From Vitrella brassicaformis CCMP3155 (Eukaryota; Protista; Chromerida): DNA of 64,000 bases. The notes below the pieces were generated by a model, which was not told where the DNA came from, made no database searches, and saw only the letters and a list, made by a program, of their open reading frames with translations. The stretch covers positions 1 to 64,000 of the forward strand of contig CDMY01000300.1 in the NCBI GenBank assembly GCA_001179505.1. Direction: 5' to 3'. Position 1 is the first letter of the stretch. Each line of letters opens with the position of its first letter. Position numbers and translations under genes: made by a program. Of the stretch, positions 1 through 12,871 are shown in pieces.

Positions 1-1197
1 TGCGCTGGTTGCAGTGCAGTGCACTCACTGCCGACTTATCTCTGTTTTGGCGGCGGCAGGGTGCAGGCTGTTGCGAAACGAGGCTGACAGACGTGTGGGT
101 ATTGTTTGCACGGCTGTGGGCTGGACGGCGAGGGGCAGAGAGCGTTTCTCTGTGGCTGTGGCGAAAGCGGGGGAAAACCGAAAGCGCACAGCTTCTCTTT
201 TTCTTTTTTTGCCGTCTCCGTCTCAAGTTCTCGTCGAAATGGAAATTTACTTCCCAATGTTGCTGTCGTCTCGCACAATCGGTGTGCGCCTGCAGATGCA
301 AGCCACTTCTTTCTGACATGTGTGTTGTCGGTAGACGCCAGCGAACTCTGACTGACAAAGGGAGAGAGACACTCCCGGCTTTGCTGTGCGCGAAGGCCGC
401 CAGGGAGAAGGCCATCGTGGTGGTGGGGTGGGAGAAACAGCTCATTCACACAGCAGTTTCGCTTTTTTACACACACGCACACACAATCGGTGTGCGCAGA
501 GAATTTGAATGAGCTGAAAGATAGAGGTTCTCCGTTCTCATGGAGAGAGACGCAGGGCAGTCAGAGAACGCGTACGCGGACGGACAAGAGACGCAGGGCA
601 GGGCAGTCTATCCGCTGCAGAGGATGCATGGCCGCATCGGGTGCCAACGGGCTTAATTGTTGTTGTGGGTGTGGTCGGTGAGTGACACTGAGGGTACACG
701 GAAAGCTTTGCCTCTCGCGTATACGGACACATTCGATCGGCCGGAAAGCTGCGGATCGAGATGGATGCCGCTGTCTGTGAGTTGCACTGCCGTACGTCAG
801 TTCATTTCATTCCGGCATCGGGCCATTTGAGTCTGTCTGTTTGTCTGTCTGTCGACATACATATTACATATGCACAGCACACGGTCGGTCAGTCAGTCGC
901 CTATACACAATGAACCGATCCACTCGTCCACCTCAATGAGATCTGCCGCTAATCGGCGGACCCCTCGCCCCTCCGCCGCTTCGGTGCCCTCTTGGCTGCC
1001 GCACCGGGGACCGCCTCGCTGCTGTCGGCCTTGCGGGCCTTCTTGCGTGGTCGGTGGGGTGCACCCGCTGCACCAGCTGCCGGCGGTGGTCGTTTCTTGT
1101 CTTCGTGCTGCTCCTGTCGCTGTCTGAGGAACTGCCTCGTGTGCATGAGCAGCTGCTCCTTGTGCTGAGTGACGGCACGCTGGGCGGCGTCGAGGAG
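1..1197 (+). repeat. Copy A of a local segmental duplication (matches 29778-30990 directly; 1-~435 also matches 10859-11300 inverted)
   Basis: Near-identical sequence and translated ORFs, e.g. MCAENLNELKDRGSPF at 490 and 30271, and ...RAAPVAV at 870-1127 and 30438-30920. Confidence 0.95.
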
Positions 1198-2065
1198 GAA
1201 CCCAAAGGGCAGAGTGGCGATTTGGGGGGCACCCATCGTGATCGGGTTGAAGGCCTCGCAGACCGGCTTGGGCTGCATCCATACGAAGAAACAAACAGCA
1301 TGAATGAATGAATGAATGAGTGGATGGATGGATACGGGCGTGCACACACACACACAGGTGGTCGTGTTTGCTCGCTGACTCACTCACCAGGGAGTGGGTG
1401 TTGATGTGCGCCAGGGCCCGTGCGATCATGAGAGGGGCCAGGTAGTCGGTAGCCACGTCTGTGGTGCTCACGGCCGGCCGCTGCTCGGTCAACTCATACA
1501 GAAGGGGCCTGCATGGCATGGCGGACAATTAAGGGAGGGAACCACATGCGCAGTGAGTGAATCGATGGACGCATGGATTCTGCTCACAGTCTTACATGTC
1601 CTTGAGTGTGGTCTTGACGGCGTGGAAGAGTTGGTCGGCGATCTTGGTGCGGTGCCTGATGCCGTTGCCAGTACTGATGCCCCACTGGTCGACTTGCTCA
1701 CTGTTAATGGTCGCAGAGGCGAACAGCTGCACACACACACAACACAATCAACACAATCAACGCACTGGCCACCACAGTATAGAGACGATGGACGGCCGTC
1801 CGTCCGGCCAGCATGCTGACTGACACACGTCAGTCACGTACGTGTTTGAACTTCAGGAATCTCTCGGAGCCGATCTCGCCGCCACAGATGTCCATTCGCG
1901 CCTGCACACGGAGGCCGTGGGCCTTGGCTGCGCCCACGGCGGCCTCGCAGACCACCTGCACCGGATCGTGATACCCAGCACCGCCCTCCGTGTGGTGGGC
2001 GAAGTACGCCTGCACGGATTCACAAAGAAAGGCGGAGTCAGTGGGTCTGTCTCGTGTGTGTGTGT

Positions 2066-2096
<31 letters not shown>

Positions 2097-5000
2097 CCTA
2101 CCTGCACGAGCGATTTGAGTGTGTCCTCTTCGGCTCCCTGTGTGCCGGCCTCCTTGGCTGACAGGTACAGTGCCATGAAAGCCGCCTCCAACTTAGCCAC
2201 ACCAACCCTGACACACGGACACACAGACAGATGGGTGGATGGATGCCACACACAGAGACCCGCCCATGTGTCTGGCTGCTTGCCATGAGTGACATCCTCA
2301 CTCACTTGAGTGTCTCATCCAGCTTCTGCACGGTGGCCTTGACAGCCGCCCTGATGCCCCCAAATGTGTCACTACCATCCGCCTCCTGCTGCTCGCTGCC
2401 CCCTCTCATCACCACAACCACACCCTTGGCCTCCCAGTTGCCCGTGTCCACCGTGAAGCCCTCGCCGTGCGCCGCCTTGGCCAGCTCCTGGGACAGCTCA
2501 GGGGGGCTGCTGCGGGTGCTGGTGACGGCATCCGCCGCACGGACGCTCCACACGCCGGCGTGCTGCTCGGCGCTGGTCATGAAGGATCGCATGAAGTGCG
2601 ATTTCTCGCAGACGGCGTCCTTGCTGGTGCGGAAGAAACGCAGCTTGTAGGTGAGAGGCACGTTGGGGTAGATGCGGGTGGGAAGTGGGCCTTCGTGCTG
2701 GGGGTGCTGTAGCTGGATGGTGTGGTCGAGCATGCCGAAGAAAGTCGTGACGTCATCGGCTGCCTGGGCCTTGAGGGCCGCCATGGCGTCCGTCGACGGC
2801 AGGCTGACGGCCACCACACCCCCACCACCAGCTGGGCCATTCTCGCCTTCACCTTGGCCGTTCTCAGGTTGCTCGTCCGATCGGCTGACGTGGATGGATT
2901 TCTTGATGCTGGTGCTGGTGGATGGCTGGATGCGGTCGTCCATGAGTCTGAAGGCCAGGTCGGTGGCGGCCCAGGGGTCAACTGACGGCACGCTGCTCAC
3001 TCGCCACATCGCCAGGAGGTCGTCGGGGCGCACGAACAAGTGGCAGTGGCCTTCCGAACCTGACACAGACACGCACACACACATACACACACACATGTAT
3101 CAGGTTGGTTCGGGCTCTGTGTGTGGGTGTGTACCAACATACCATTTCTGGCGGCCCTGCCCGTCTCCTGCACGTAGGCCTCGAGCGACTGCGGCATGTG
3201 GTAGTGGATGACGCCGTCCACGTCCGCCTTGTCGATGCCCATGCCGAACGCCGTGGTCGCAACCACAATCCTCAGAGTGCCTGCCAGGCCAGGCACCCAC
3301 ACCACACACACACATCCATCCATCCATCCATCCATATGCGTCTGTCTCTCCGGCTCCCTCACTCACTCACTCACCGTCCATGAACCTGTTCTGAACGCCG
3401 ATGAGCTGCTGCTTGTTGCGCCCGGCGTGATAGGCGTCGACAGTGCCAAACGAGCCTGTGTACCCAACACACCACACAGCCTCATACATGGTCGGTCGAT
3501 CCCGTGGCGGCTGACCGACCCACCCCACCTAAACCCTCATACCCATACATTACAGACACCTACCGGCGTTTCTGAGGTCGTTTGCCAGGAACTCGGCGTC
3601 CACCCGGCGCCACACATAGACGATGATGGACCGCTTTGTCTTCCACGTCTGGTGGTTGAGCAGCCGCTTCAGCTCGCTGGCCTTGGCGTAGTCGAACCGC
3701 GCCTCGCTGAACTCCACCTTGTAGTGCAGGTTGCCACGCATCACATGCTGCTGCTGCTGCTGCAGGTGGTGCTGGGTGTTGGGTGCCGGTGCGGGGCTGG
3801 GTGTGTGGCACGTGCTGACGGTGCGTGTGATGTGGTAGAGGTCTGTGAGGGCGGTGAGGGTCTTGCGTGTGGCCGTGGCGGTGAGGGCGAGCACAGGGGG
3901 GTTGCCGAGGTGCTCCAGGGCGCGACACAGACCCAGATACGCAGGCCTAGACGGATAAACAAGCAGAGCTTTTCCTTGGACCCTCCCCTGTGTCTGTCTG
4001 TGTGTGTACCTGAATGTGTGTGACCAGGTTGAGATGCAGTGGGCCTCGTCGAAGCAGCAGAGGGCCACCCGACCGCTGAGCAGGCTCAGGTCCATCAAAG
4101 ACAGCATCTCGGGCGACACGAAGAACACATCGAAATAACCCTCAGCGAGACCCTTCTGGACCGCAGAACGCTGCATAGACACAGACAGACAGACAGACAG
4201 ACAGACAGATGGGTGGACGGATGGATGGATGGATGGAAGACGTGCCTGTTCGAGTGAGAGGGAAGCGTTGATGGTGGCCGCCCGGATGCAGCCGGGCATC
4301 TTCCGGATCTGGTCCTGGATCAGACTGATCAGCGGCGACACGACCAGGGTCATGCCCACCCCAGCACGACGAAACACCAGGGCAGGCAGCTGGTAGCACA
4401 ACGACTTGCCTAAACCACACACAGACATCCACACCCACATACTTGTGTGTGTGTGTGGGGGGGGGGGGGGCNNNNNNNNNNNNNNNNNNNNNNNNNNNNN
4501 NNNNNNNNNNNNNNNNNNNNNNNNNNNNNNNNNNNNNNNNNNNNNNNNNNNNNNNNNNNNNNNNNNNNNNNNNNNNNNNNNNNNNNNNNNNNNNNNNNNN
4601 NNNNNNNNNNNNNNNNNNNNNNNNNNNNNNNNNNNNNNNNNNNNNNNNNNNNNNNNNNNNNNNNNNNNNNNNNNNNNNNNNNNNNNNNNNNNNNNNNNNN
4701 NNNNNNNNNNNNNNNNNNNNNNNNNNNNNNNNNNNNNNNNNNNNNNNNNNNNNNNNNNNNNNNNNNNNNNNGGGGGGGGGGGGGGCTCGCTTCTGTGTCG
4801 CCCACTTGCTCACCTGCTCCTGTCGGCATGACTACGAGTGTGGACCTCCTGCCGAGGACAGCCCGAATGGCACTCTCCTGCCCATCGCGGAAGCTCTCCA
4901 ACCCGAAGGCGTCGCTCAGACAGGCCCGCAGCCGGCCACCCAGCCCCGCATCCGATTCTGCGCCCGCGCACCCATTAAGGATTTCCTTGGCCTCTTGCAC

Positions 5001-8000
5001 CGAGTCTTCGTCGGGCTGTGTCGGCTCGAGCGGCTGCTGGTGCTGTTGGTCTGCGGCTGTGTCTGTGGTGGTCTGTGTGTGTGTGCTGGGCAGCATGAGG
5101 GATGACCCGTTACATCCGGAGGAGAGGAATGCGGCGAGCTTGACGACCGCCAGACGGTCGACGTGGCCGCGGGCGCACCCCTGGTTGGCGAACTTCTTGC
5201 CCTCGACTGTTTGTGTGGTGGGTGAAGACACATACACAGACAGACACACAGACAGACAGACAGGCATGTGTGTCGGGTGGGTGTGTCGGTGTTTGGTGTG
5301 TTTGATTACCCTGTCTCTGTCTGACGGCGAGGTCATCTTTGCGGTTGAGCTTGTGGCCGGCGGCGCGCTCCTCCGCCAGCTGGTCAAAGTGCCTACGTCA
5401 CACACCGACACACACACAGTGGGCACACAGTAGGTGGNNNNNNNNNNNNNNNNNNNNNNNNNNNNNNNNNNNNNNNNNNNNNNNNNNNNNNNNNNNNNNN
5501 NNNNNNNNNNNNNNNNNNNNNNNNNNNNNNNNNNNNNNNNNNNNNNNNNNNNNNNNNNNNNNNNNNNNNNNNNNNNNNNNNNNNNNNNNNNNNNNNNNNN
5601 NNNNNNNNNNNNNNNNNNNNNNNNNNNNNNNNNNNNNNNNNNNNNNNNNNNNNNNNNNNNNNNNNNNNNNNNNNNNNNNNNNNNNNNNNNNNNNNNNNNN
5701 NNNNNNNNNNNNNNNNNNNNNNNNNNNNNNNNNNNNNGGGGGGGGGGGGGGGGGGGGAAGTGGATGGGCAGCTTACTGTTTTCGGTTCTTGACGTTGCCC
5801 CGTGCGTCGAGATGCTTGTTGTTCTGCATCCCGCCCAGCTGCACACATCGCGCCGCACCAACACCACACACACACACAGACCCCCCATAATGTGTCCATT
5901 CTTCTCACTCCTCCACCATCCAGGTGATCTTCTTTCTACCCACTGACCTGAGGTTTCTTGATGGCCTTGCCGTTGACCTTCTCGCCCTTCTTATTGCCGC
6001 CAAACACGCCAGCCGCACCAATGGCCGCACCCTTGCCTCTGCCCTTGCCCTTGTTGCCCTGCTTGGCCTTGGGCTTGGCTTTGGGTTTGGCTTTGGCTGC
6101 TGCCGGTGGCTTCTTGGGTTCGCGCTTCTTGCCCGCGTCAAACTCAGAGTCACTACTATCGTCACCACCTGTTGGGCGGCCAAAGACACAGACAGCAAGG
6201 TGACCTGTCTGTCCATTGCCTGGGGATGTGTGTGTGTGTGTGTGTGTGTGAATGGGTACCCTACCCACCTGCTGCTTCCATGTAATCATCCTCCCCGTCT
6301 GCATCGTCCCTATCCGCCTTCCTCCTCTCGTCGCGCGACGCCCACCCCTCACCCTCACCACTACCCGCCCCCCTGGAAGCAGCCGCCTTGGCAGCCCGCT
6401 TTGGCTGCACGCGTCGCGACGCCACGCCAGCCCCCTCAGACGCACCATCCCCACCCCCACCATCCTCGCTGCCCACACCTCGGCGCTTCTTGCCCTTGCC
6501 CTTCGCCTTGTTGTCCTTCTTGGGCGGTGGTGGTGGGTGTTTGTCAGCCACTGCAGCTGGAGTTGGGGCTGGTAGGGCCGGTGGTGGTGCCAGCGGTGCG
6601 GGTGGTGCCGCCTGACCCTCGGCGCCCTCATGGTCATCAGGACACGAGCCCAACAGCAGCCACTCTTCGAGCGCACTGACCTTGCGTGGTCCACCACCTG
6701 CTGCTGCGCTCTTCTCGACCACGACCCTCTGGTCGCGGCCGGCGTGCTCCTGCTGGTTGTTGATGGGAGCGACAGCAGGCCCGGCACCAACACGAGCAGC
6801 CGCGGGGATGACGGCCGGCTGCTCCACACCAGCAACTGCAGGCTCCGCTGCACTGCGGCGGTCCTGACCGTTGCCACCCTCCCTCGTCATTGGCACTGCT
6901 CGAGAGGGAGCGCGCTCGCGGCGGAAGCGCTTGGGTGGGGGAGGGCTTGGTGGACGGCGAGAGGGCTCCTTCTCTTGGGGTGCGTCGGGAGGGGGAGGGG
7001 CCGGCGGCTGACGTCGTTTCTGTCGGCGCCCTGACACGGGGTCATCAGGGTTGCCTGGATGCAGCCGCTGCCACTCAAGTAGGTTGAAGGGACAAGGCTT
7101 CACAACCGCACTCTCGTCACGCGATGCACCACCACGACCACCACCATGGGCACCGCCAGCAGCAGAAGCAGCAGCGTCGGCCTTGCTGCCCGGGTGGCAG
7201 CGGAAGCCAGTCGACGGCACGTACTTCTTCTGTGGCTGTGAGAGTGAATGGCACACACAGAGGAGAAGACAACAATGGTGGGTGATTTGTGCGTGTGTGT
7301 GCGTCCATTGAGTGCTGGTGTGGTGGCTGACCCACCGATTCCTCAGTTGGCCATATCTGCGGGTTGCAGTTCTTGATGGCGAGCCGGCGCTTGGCGAGCA
7401 TGTCGGTGGGCTTCCGCCGGTACTCGCGCGACGCGATGTCATCACGGATACAGTCGTCCAGCTTGCCCTTGCGCAGAAGGTACATCTGCTCCTCCTCAAC
7501 CTCACGGCTCTTCGCCACCTGACGCCGCAACCTGCATGCCATGCATCGATGCACATCAGATCACACAAGGGTCACGTCACATTTATGTGGTGCTCAGGTG
7601 CTCACTCACTTGCGATTTTCGTGTCGGTTGAGGTACTTCTGGTAGGCGTGCAGCCTGGCCTGCATCTCCTTCTGGATGGCGGCGACCTCCTCCTCGGGCT
7701 TCGACGCATACTCCATGAAGGGGTCGGGGCTGCGGGGCGGCGTGTGCACCATACAGTGGCCCTCGAACTCCTCAGCCTCCTGTGTATACAAACAGAACGA
7801 GAGAAAGGCAAGGCAAGGTCAACGAGTTAAGCGTGTCTGGCTTGACCTGCCTCAAGAACCGGACTACCTACCTTGAGAGCGAGGTTGAGTCGCCGCAGGC
7901 ACTCGGCATACTGATCTGGCCGATCAGCCCTGACCTGCGACCACCCCATCCCGGCCGCCTGCTGACTGATCTGGCGTTTGAGCTCATTGTACTTGGCCAC

Positions 8001-8396
8001 CTGACGCTTCCTCTCTGCCATAGTGAAGGGACGGTCGGCCTTGGCAGCCCTGGCTGCTGCCTCCTCCTCCACCCTCTGTCTGTTCTTCTCCTGCTCTTGC
8101 TGCTGCCGCTGCTGTTCCTGCTGTTCCTGCTGCTTGCGAACCCTCTCCTGCCTCTCCTGCTCCTCTTTCGCCCATTGGAGCTGCACGGGGTGGTCGGCCC
8201 GGGTGAAGGGATTTGTCAGGCGGGCGCAGCGCGACCGCGGCGGGCAGCTGGGCAGGTACGACAACTCCTCGTGCTGCTGATGCGGGACTGAGGCATCACG
8301 ATGGTCAGCAGGGCGAGCAGAGGGGTGGGGAGGGTTCTCCTGCTGCCTGGTGTTGTGGGGTGTGGCGGGGTGACTGCCATCATTGGCAGTCGGCAT
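949..8396 (-). CDS. RECQL4: Multi-exon RecQ-family 3'-5' DNA helicase, RecQ4-like, with a long low-complexity N-terminus
   Basis: Spliced motifs: [20 protein letters not shown] (I), [12 protein letters not shown] (Ia), [19 protein letters not shown] (II; WSHxFRP is the RecQ4-type variant), LALTATAT (III), SIIVY (IV), [21 protein letters not shown] (V), [12 protein letters not shown] (VI). Upstream exons from ATG 8396 join in phase through GT-AG introns, two of which contain N gaps. The last exon ends ...GEGSAD* at 949. Confidence 0.85.
4472..4771. other. Assembly gap (300 N) in a RecQ intron, flanked by poly-G
   Basis: Run of exactly 300 N. Confidence 0.99.
5438..5737. other. Assembly gap (300 N) in a RecQ intron
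   Basis: Run of exactly 300 N followed by poly-G. Confidence 0.99.
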
Positions 8397-9046
8397 GGCC
8401 TGCCGATAGACAAGACGACTCGCGCAGCGGACTCAAGAATGATGGGTCACTACAGTACCTGCATCGGATGCATCACCACAGACAGACAGACAGCATTGGG
8501 ACAGAACGAATGAGAATGAACGCATTAAGAATGCATCCGTCGGCATTTCATGCATGCGTCTGTGGGTGCACTGGTCGCATGGAGGTCCTGCCTGGCCTGC
8601 ACGGGCCTGCCCTTCCCATGGCATGGCATGGCATGTACATCAATTGATGCACATCCGACGGATGCATTCCACATCATCATGACGGTGCCATCACGTCAGA
8701 GCCGTCATGCACGTCTTACTTGGATACGGGGCTCTCCACTCGGTAAGACGACGACTATTTGAATGCGGAAAGCTTCACAACACAGAGACGGGCTTGCAGG
8801 GCGTCCGTGAAACGCACTGCGAGCTTGACACTCAAGGACGCGTTCAGAATGAGCCCACACACACCGCGTTCGAGGGAAACAGAGAAGAGGGGGAGACGGA
8901 AATAGAGAGGAGATGCCCATCTGAACCGACAAAGGTGGAGATCTGCCCACTTAATTGCACATATATGCTTCACTCACTCTGCTGATCTCTCCCTCTTGCA
9001 GCCAGCGGTACAGTACACATCTGAGGACCGGCCATCCATCGAATGC

Positions 9047-10456
9047 ATGGGAGGTACGTCGGCCCTGCGGTACGGCACCACACGCACAGCTGCACTGCAC
9101 GTGTATCGAGGGATGCAGGCAGGCAGGCAGGCAGGCAGGCAGGCCACACGGCGGGTGCTTGTCCTTTGTGTGTGTGGTGCAGGGTGCAATTCTTGTTGTT
9201 GCCTGCCCTGGCTTGACGTCAGTGACGCCAGCGCGGCCACTCGAGAGCTGGCCTGTGGCATCAGGAATGGAAGCCTTACGCTCCAGAGGGCCACACACCT
9301 GCTGGACAAAGGCGCCGACGCCACACAGATTGTGAGGAGACGCGATTTGAATGACGACTGCGGCCTGGTCCAGCTGGCTGTCTGGTTTCACAAGACGGCT
9401 GAGAATTTGGCCATCATCCGGCTGCTGCTAGACCGAGGCGCTGACATTGACTATTCCACCACGCTGCATTACGCCCCCTATCACACTCGCCCTCGAATCT
9501 GGCCGTTACGACGTTGCCCATCTGCTGCTGGACCAGCCCAACCTGGAGATGAGACGGCTGTCGCTGCTGGGGACGGTGGCACTTCATCCAATCCCTGTCT
9601 TTGATCATCCGGTGTTTTATGGCCGCCTTGTGTCGTCTGGGGAGAAGCTCAAGATGGCCAAGAGGCTCGCCAAAGTCGGCGGAGCGGAGATCATCAAGAA
9701 CAGCTGGTCCATATGCCTCCTCTGTGAGCATCCTCTCCGGGACCCCTCCCATCATCTCGAGCGGCGGAAGACCGTCGTGGACAGGACCACTCTCAAGCTG
9801 GTCTGCGCTGCCTCTTAGTGATTAGTGAGCGTTTACATCCCCCTCTCTTTGCATGTTCTGGCCGTGACAAACACATGTGGAGCTATTCAGATGGAGAATG
9901 CAACCACGCATCAGCTCTCGAGCTCATCGCTTACCTCAGCCACTCGGCCGGGCGGAACTTTGTCAAGCGGGCTCTCTATTCTTCAGCTTGTTCCGAGCGC
10001 TCTCCTCCTGTGGTGCTCCGGCTGGTGCTGCGGAAGGGGGCGTCCATCAGAGCTGCTCTTTCGGGGTGGCTGTGTCGCGGTGATTTTAGAAACAGGCTAT
10101 TGGCGGCATACTGTGAGTATCTCCGCTACGACCTGCCGGTCCAAGTGAGCATTGCCGTCAAGACCGCCATCCTGCACACACGCGCCCTGACGAGCACAAA
10201 ACTTCCGGATGGCGTCACTGACATCATCGCGGCCCTCATCGGCGTGAGTAGGGTCTCCATCCCTATCGGCGAGCAGCGCGTCAGTAACCGCATCAACGAC
10301 CTCGTCAACGGTTATGTGTCCTCAGCCTACGAGTGCATTCGGCAGACCGGTGGCAGCCTGGAGGGGATGGGAGGGCGTCTTGACGACCTGATGCAGCAGG
10401 TGCGCGAGGCAACCAAAGTTGAGTGTTGTCGGTTTTGCCCTTGGCCATATATATGA
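9047..10456 (+). pseudogene. Ankyrin-repeat protein gene with a predicted acylated N-terminus, interrupted by a 1-nt frameshift
   Basis: ATGGGAG|gt...ag|GG gives MGGCNSCCCLPW. Ankyrin-like segments: AIIRLLLDRGADID, and YAP/ITLALESGRYDVAHLLLDQPNL. The latter is split between frames at the C-run near 9473-9480. A further frame break or intron lies near 9800-9880. Confidence 0.6.
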
Positions 10457-11410
10457 ATGAATGAATGAATGAATGGCTTACGGGGACCCAGCCAGGGGCA
10501 GGCAAGGAACGATTGTGGTAGGGAGGCTTTCTGTACGTACTTTGTGGCTTGGCATCATGAATGATGGGAACGCGTATTCATGGCTACATCAACGTCTGGC
10601 AGGGATGGATCGATGGTTGCTTAATGTGCCTTTTCTTGTATATAGTAGCTAGTGGCAGGTAGAGGCTCACACGTGCGTGTGCATGCGTGTGCACCGAAAC
10701 GTCGACACACCCATCGCGTGGATGAGATCGGCGTGTGCATCTTGTTGGAGGTTGTTGACTTCGTCCATCAACGAAGGAGATGTTTATGTCGGTCATTGTT
10801 GTGATTGTTCGATGTCGATCGTCAGCCTTTTGTCAGTTGACGTCAAGACTGCTTCTCCCTCCCACCCCACCACCACGATGGCCTTCTCCCTGGCGGCCTT
10901 CGCGCACAGCAAAGCCGGGAGTGTCTCTCTCCCTTTGTCAGTTAGATGTCGCGTGGCGTCTATCGACAACATAAATGTCAGAAAGAAGCGGCTTGCATCT
11001 GCAGGCGCACACCGCTTGTGCGAGACGACAGCAACATTTACAGGGAAGTAGATTTCCATTTCGACGAGAATCGGAGACGGAGACGGCAAAAAGAAAAAGA
11101 GAAGCTGTGCGCTTTCGGTTTTCCCCCGCTTTCGCCACAGCCACAGAGAAACGCTCTCTGCCCCTCGCCGTCCAGCCCACAGCCGTGCAAACAATACCCA
11201 CACGTCTGTCAGCCTCGTTTCGCAACAGCCTGCACCCTGCCGCCGCCAAAACAGAGATAAGTCGGCAGTGAGTGCACTGCACTGCAACCAGCGCAGCGAG
11301 TGACTGACGAGCCCGCGACACACGAGGGCGTTCGCCAGCAAAGGAGACGACCAGGGAGGAGAGGCCGCCGCTGACACGCGAGATTGATAAATCGTCAGCT
11401 GGTCGGCCCG

Positions 11411-11582
11411 ATGATGCAGTCGATAGCCCCGATACTGGACCTGCCGGGCACGGCCTTAGCGCTCATGCCGATGCATCCGGACTTCGGTAAGCCAGCCAGC
11501 CACACACTACTTGCTGTCTGAGTTGGTCCCTCACGGGTTATATGCCATGGTGTTGTGTCTGTTGATATGGTGTGTGTGCCCT
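11411..11582 (+). CDS. First exon and intron start of a paralogue of the 28684-29662 hypothetical gene (remainder in gap)
   Basis: MMQSIAPILDLPGTALALMPMHPDF followed by GTAAG donor, versus MMQSTAPILDLPGTVGALMPMHPDF in copy C. Confidence 0.45.
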
Positions 11583-11882
11583 NNNNNNNNNNNNNNNNNN
11601 NNNNNNNNNNNNNNNNNNNNNNNNNNNNNNNNNNNNNNNNNNNNNNNNNNNNNNNNNNNNNNNNNNNNNNNNNNNNNNNNNNNNNNNNNNNNNNNNNNNN
11701 NNNNNNNNNNNNNNNNNNNNNNNNNNNNNNNNNNNNNNNNNNNNNNNNNNNNNNNNNNNNNNNNNNNNNNNNNNNNNNNNNNNNNNNNNNNNNNNNNNNN
11801 NNNNNNNNNNNNNNNNNNNNNNNNNNNNNNNNNNNNNNNNNNNNNNNNNNNNNNNNNNNNNNNNNNNNNNNNNNNNNNNNNN
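11583..11882. other. Assembly gap (300 N)
   Basis: Run of exactly 300 N. Confidence 0.99.
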
Positions 11883-12871
11883 CAGCGGTGGACAGACAGA
11901 CAGACAGACAGAGAGATATGACAAGGAGGGAGGGAGGGATGGAGTAGCACGGCGGTGGACACAGTGATAAGGATGGGGAGGAACTGGGGGCGGGGGTGGT
12001 GGTGGTGGACAGATCGTCTCTCTGTCTCTGTCTGTCTGTGTGCGTGTGGTTGGTCCTGCCGACAAAGGGCTTGCTCTCTCTGTCTCGTCTATTTTTCTCC
12101 CTGTCTGTGTGCGTGTAAGGGGGGAGGGAGGGGGGGTGGAGGGAGCAGTGGAGGGAAGGGCTTGCTCTCTCTGTCCCGTCTATTTTTCTCTCTCTCTCTG
12201 TCTCTCTCGGTACGGTGCCTGTCGAGCCAGTCGTCGAGTGATTGTGGTGGACAGACAGGCAGAGTGATATGATAAGGAGGGATGAAGTAGCGAGAGAGAC
12301 AAAGAGCCACGGAGGGGGCGGGGCGGTGGAAAATTGATAAGGGGGAGGGAGGGGGGCTAAGTCCTGTGGCACCCATCACACGACTCAGACACACAGACAG
12401 CCAGATAGACACACGGGTGGATGGGCTCTTTTTCGTCTTGCTCTCTCTCTCTCTCTCTGTCTGTGTGTGTGCGTGTAAGTGGGCGGGGTGGGGGATTGTA
12501 CAGCCTGGAGAGGACAAGAGGGGCGGTCGTCCTTTTTCTCGGCCCCCTTCGAAGACTCTCTCTCTCTCTTTCTCTCTCTCCGTGTGCGTGTGAGGGAGCG
12601 GTGGGGTGGGGCTGACTGACTGACTGACTGACTGGCAGACCGGTGGATGGTTTTCAAAGTGAATGTGTACACTACCCATGGCAGCTGAGCTGTAATATCC
12701 CACACACACCGCCCCGAACATCACATCATGCCGCACATGTGCACGGCAGCACACCCATCCCATCAACACATTGTGCCATTGATTTCACCCGACACACAAT
12801 TCGCCACCCAGCGTGTCCACGCCCACAGCACTGCATAGCCAACAAACCCACAGCCCACGGCTCACAACCAT

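Larger units (their letters stand above)
10859..12771 (-). repeat. Copy B of the segmental duplication, inverted relative to 27258-30215; its middle is hidden by a gap
   Basis: Reverse complement of 10859-11582 matches ~29485-30215. 11883-12771 matches ~27258-28555. Confidence 0.9.

Noticed and set aside
4455-5760. Poly-G tracts flanking two RecQ intron gaps (possible G-quadruplex elements)
   Set aside because: Long homopolymers are a common cause of short-read assembly breaks. True length and context are unknown.
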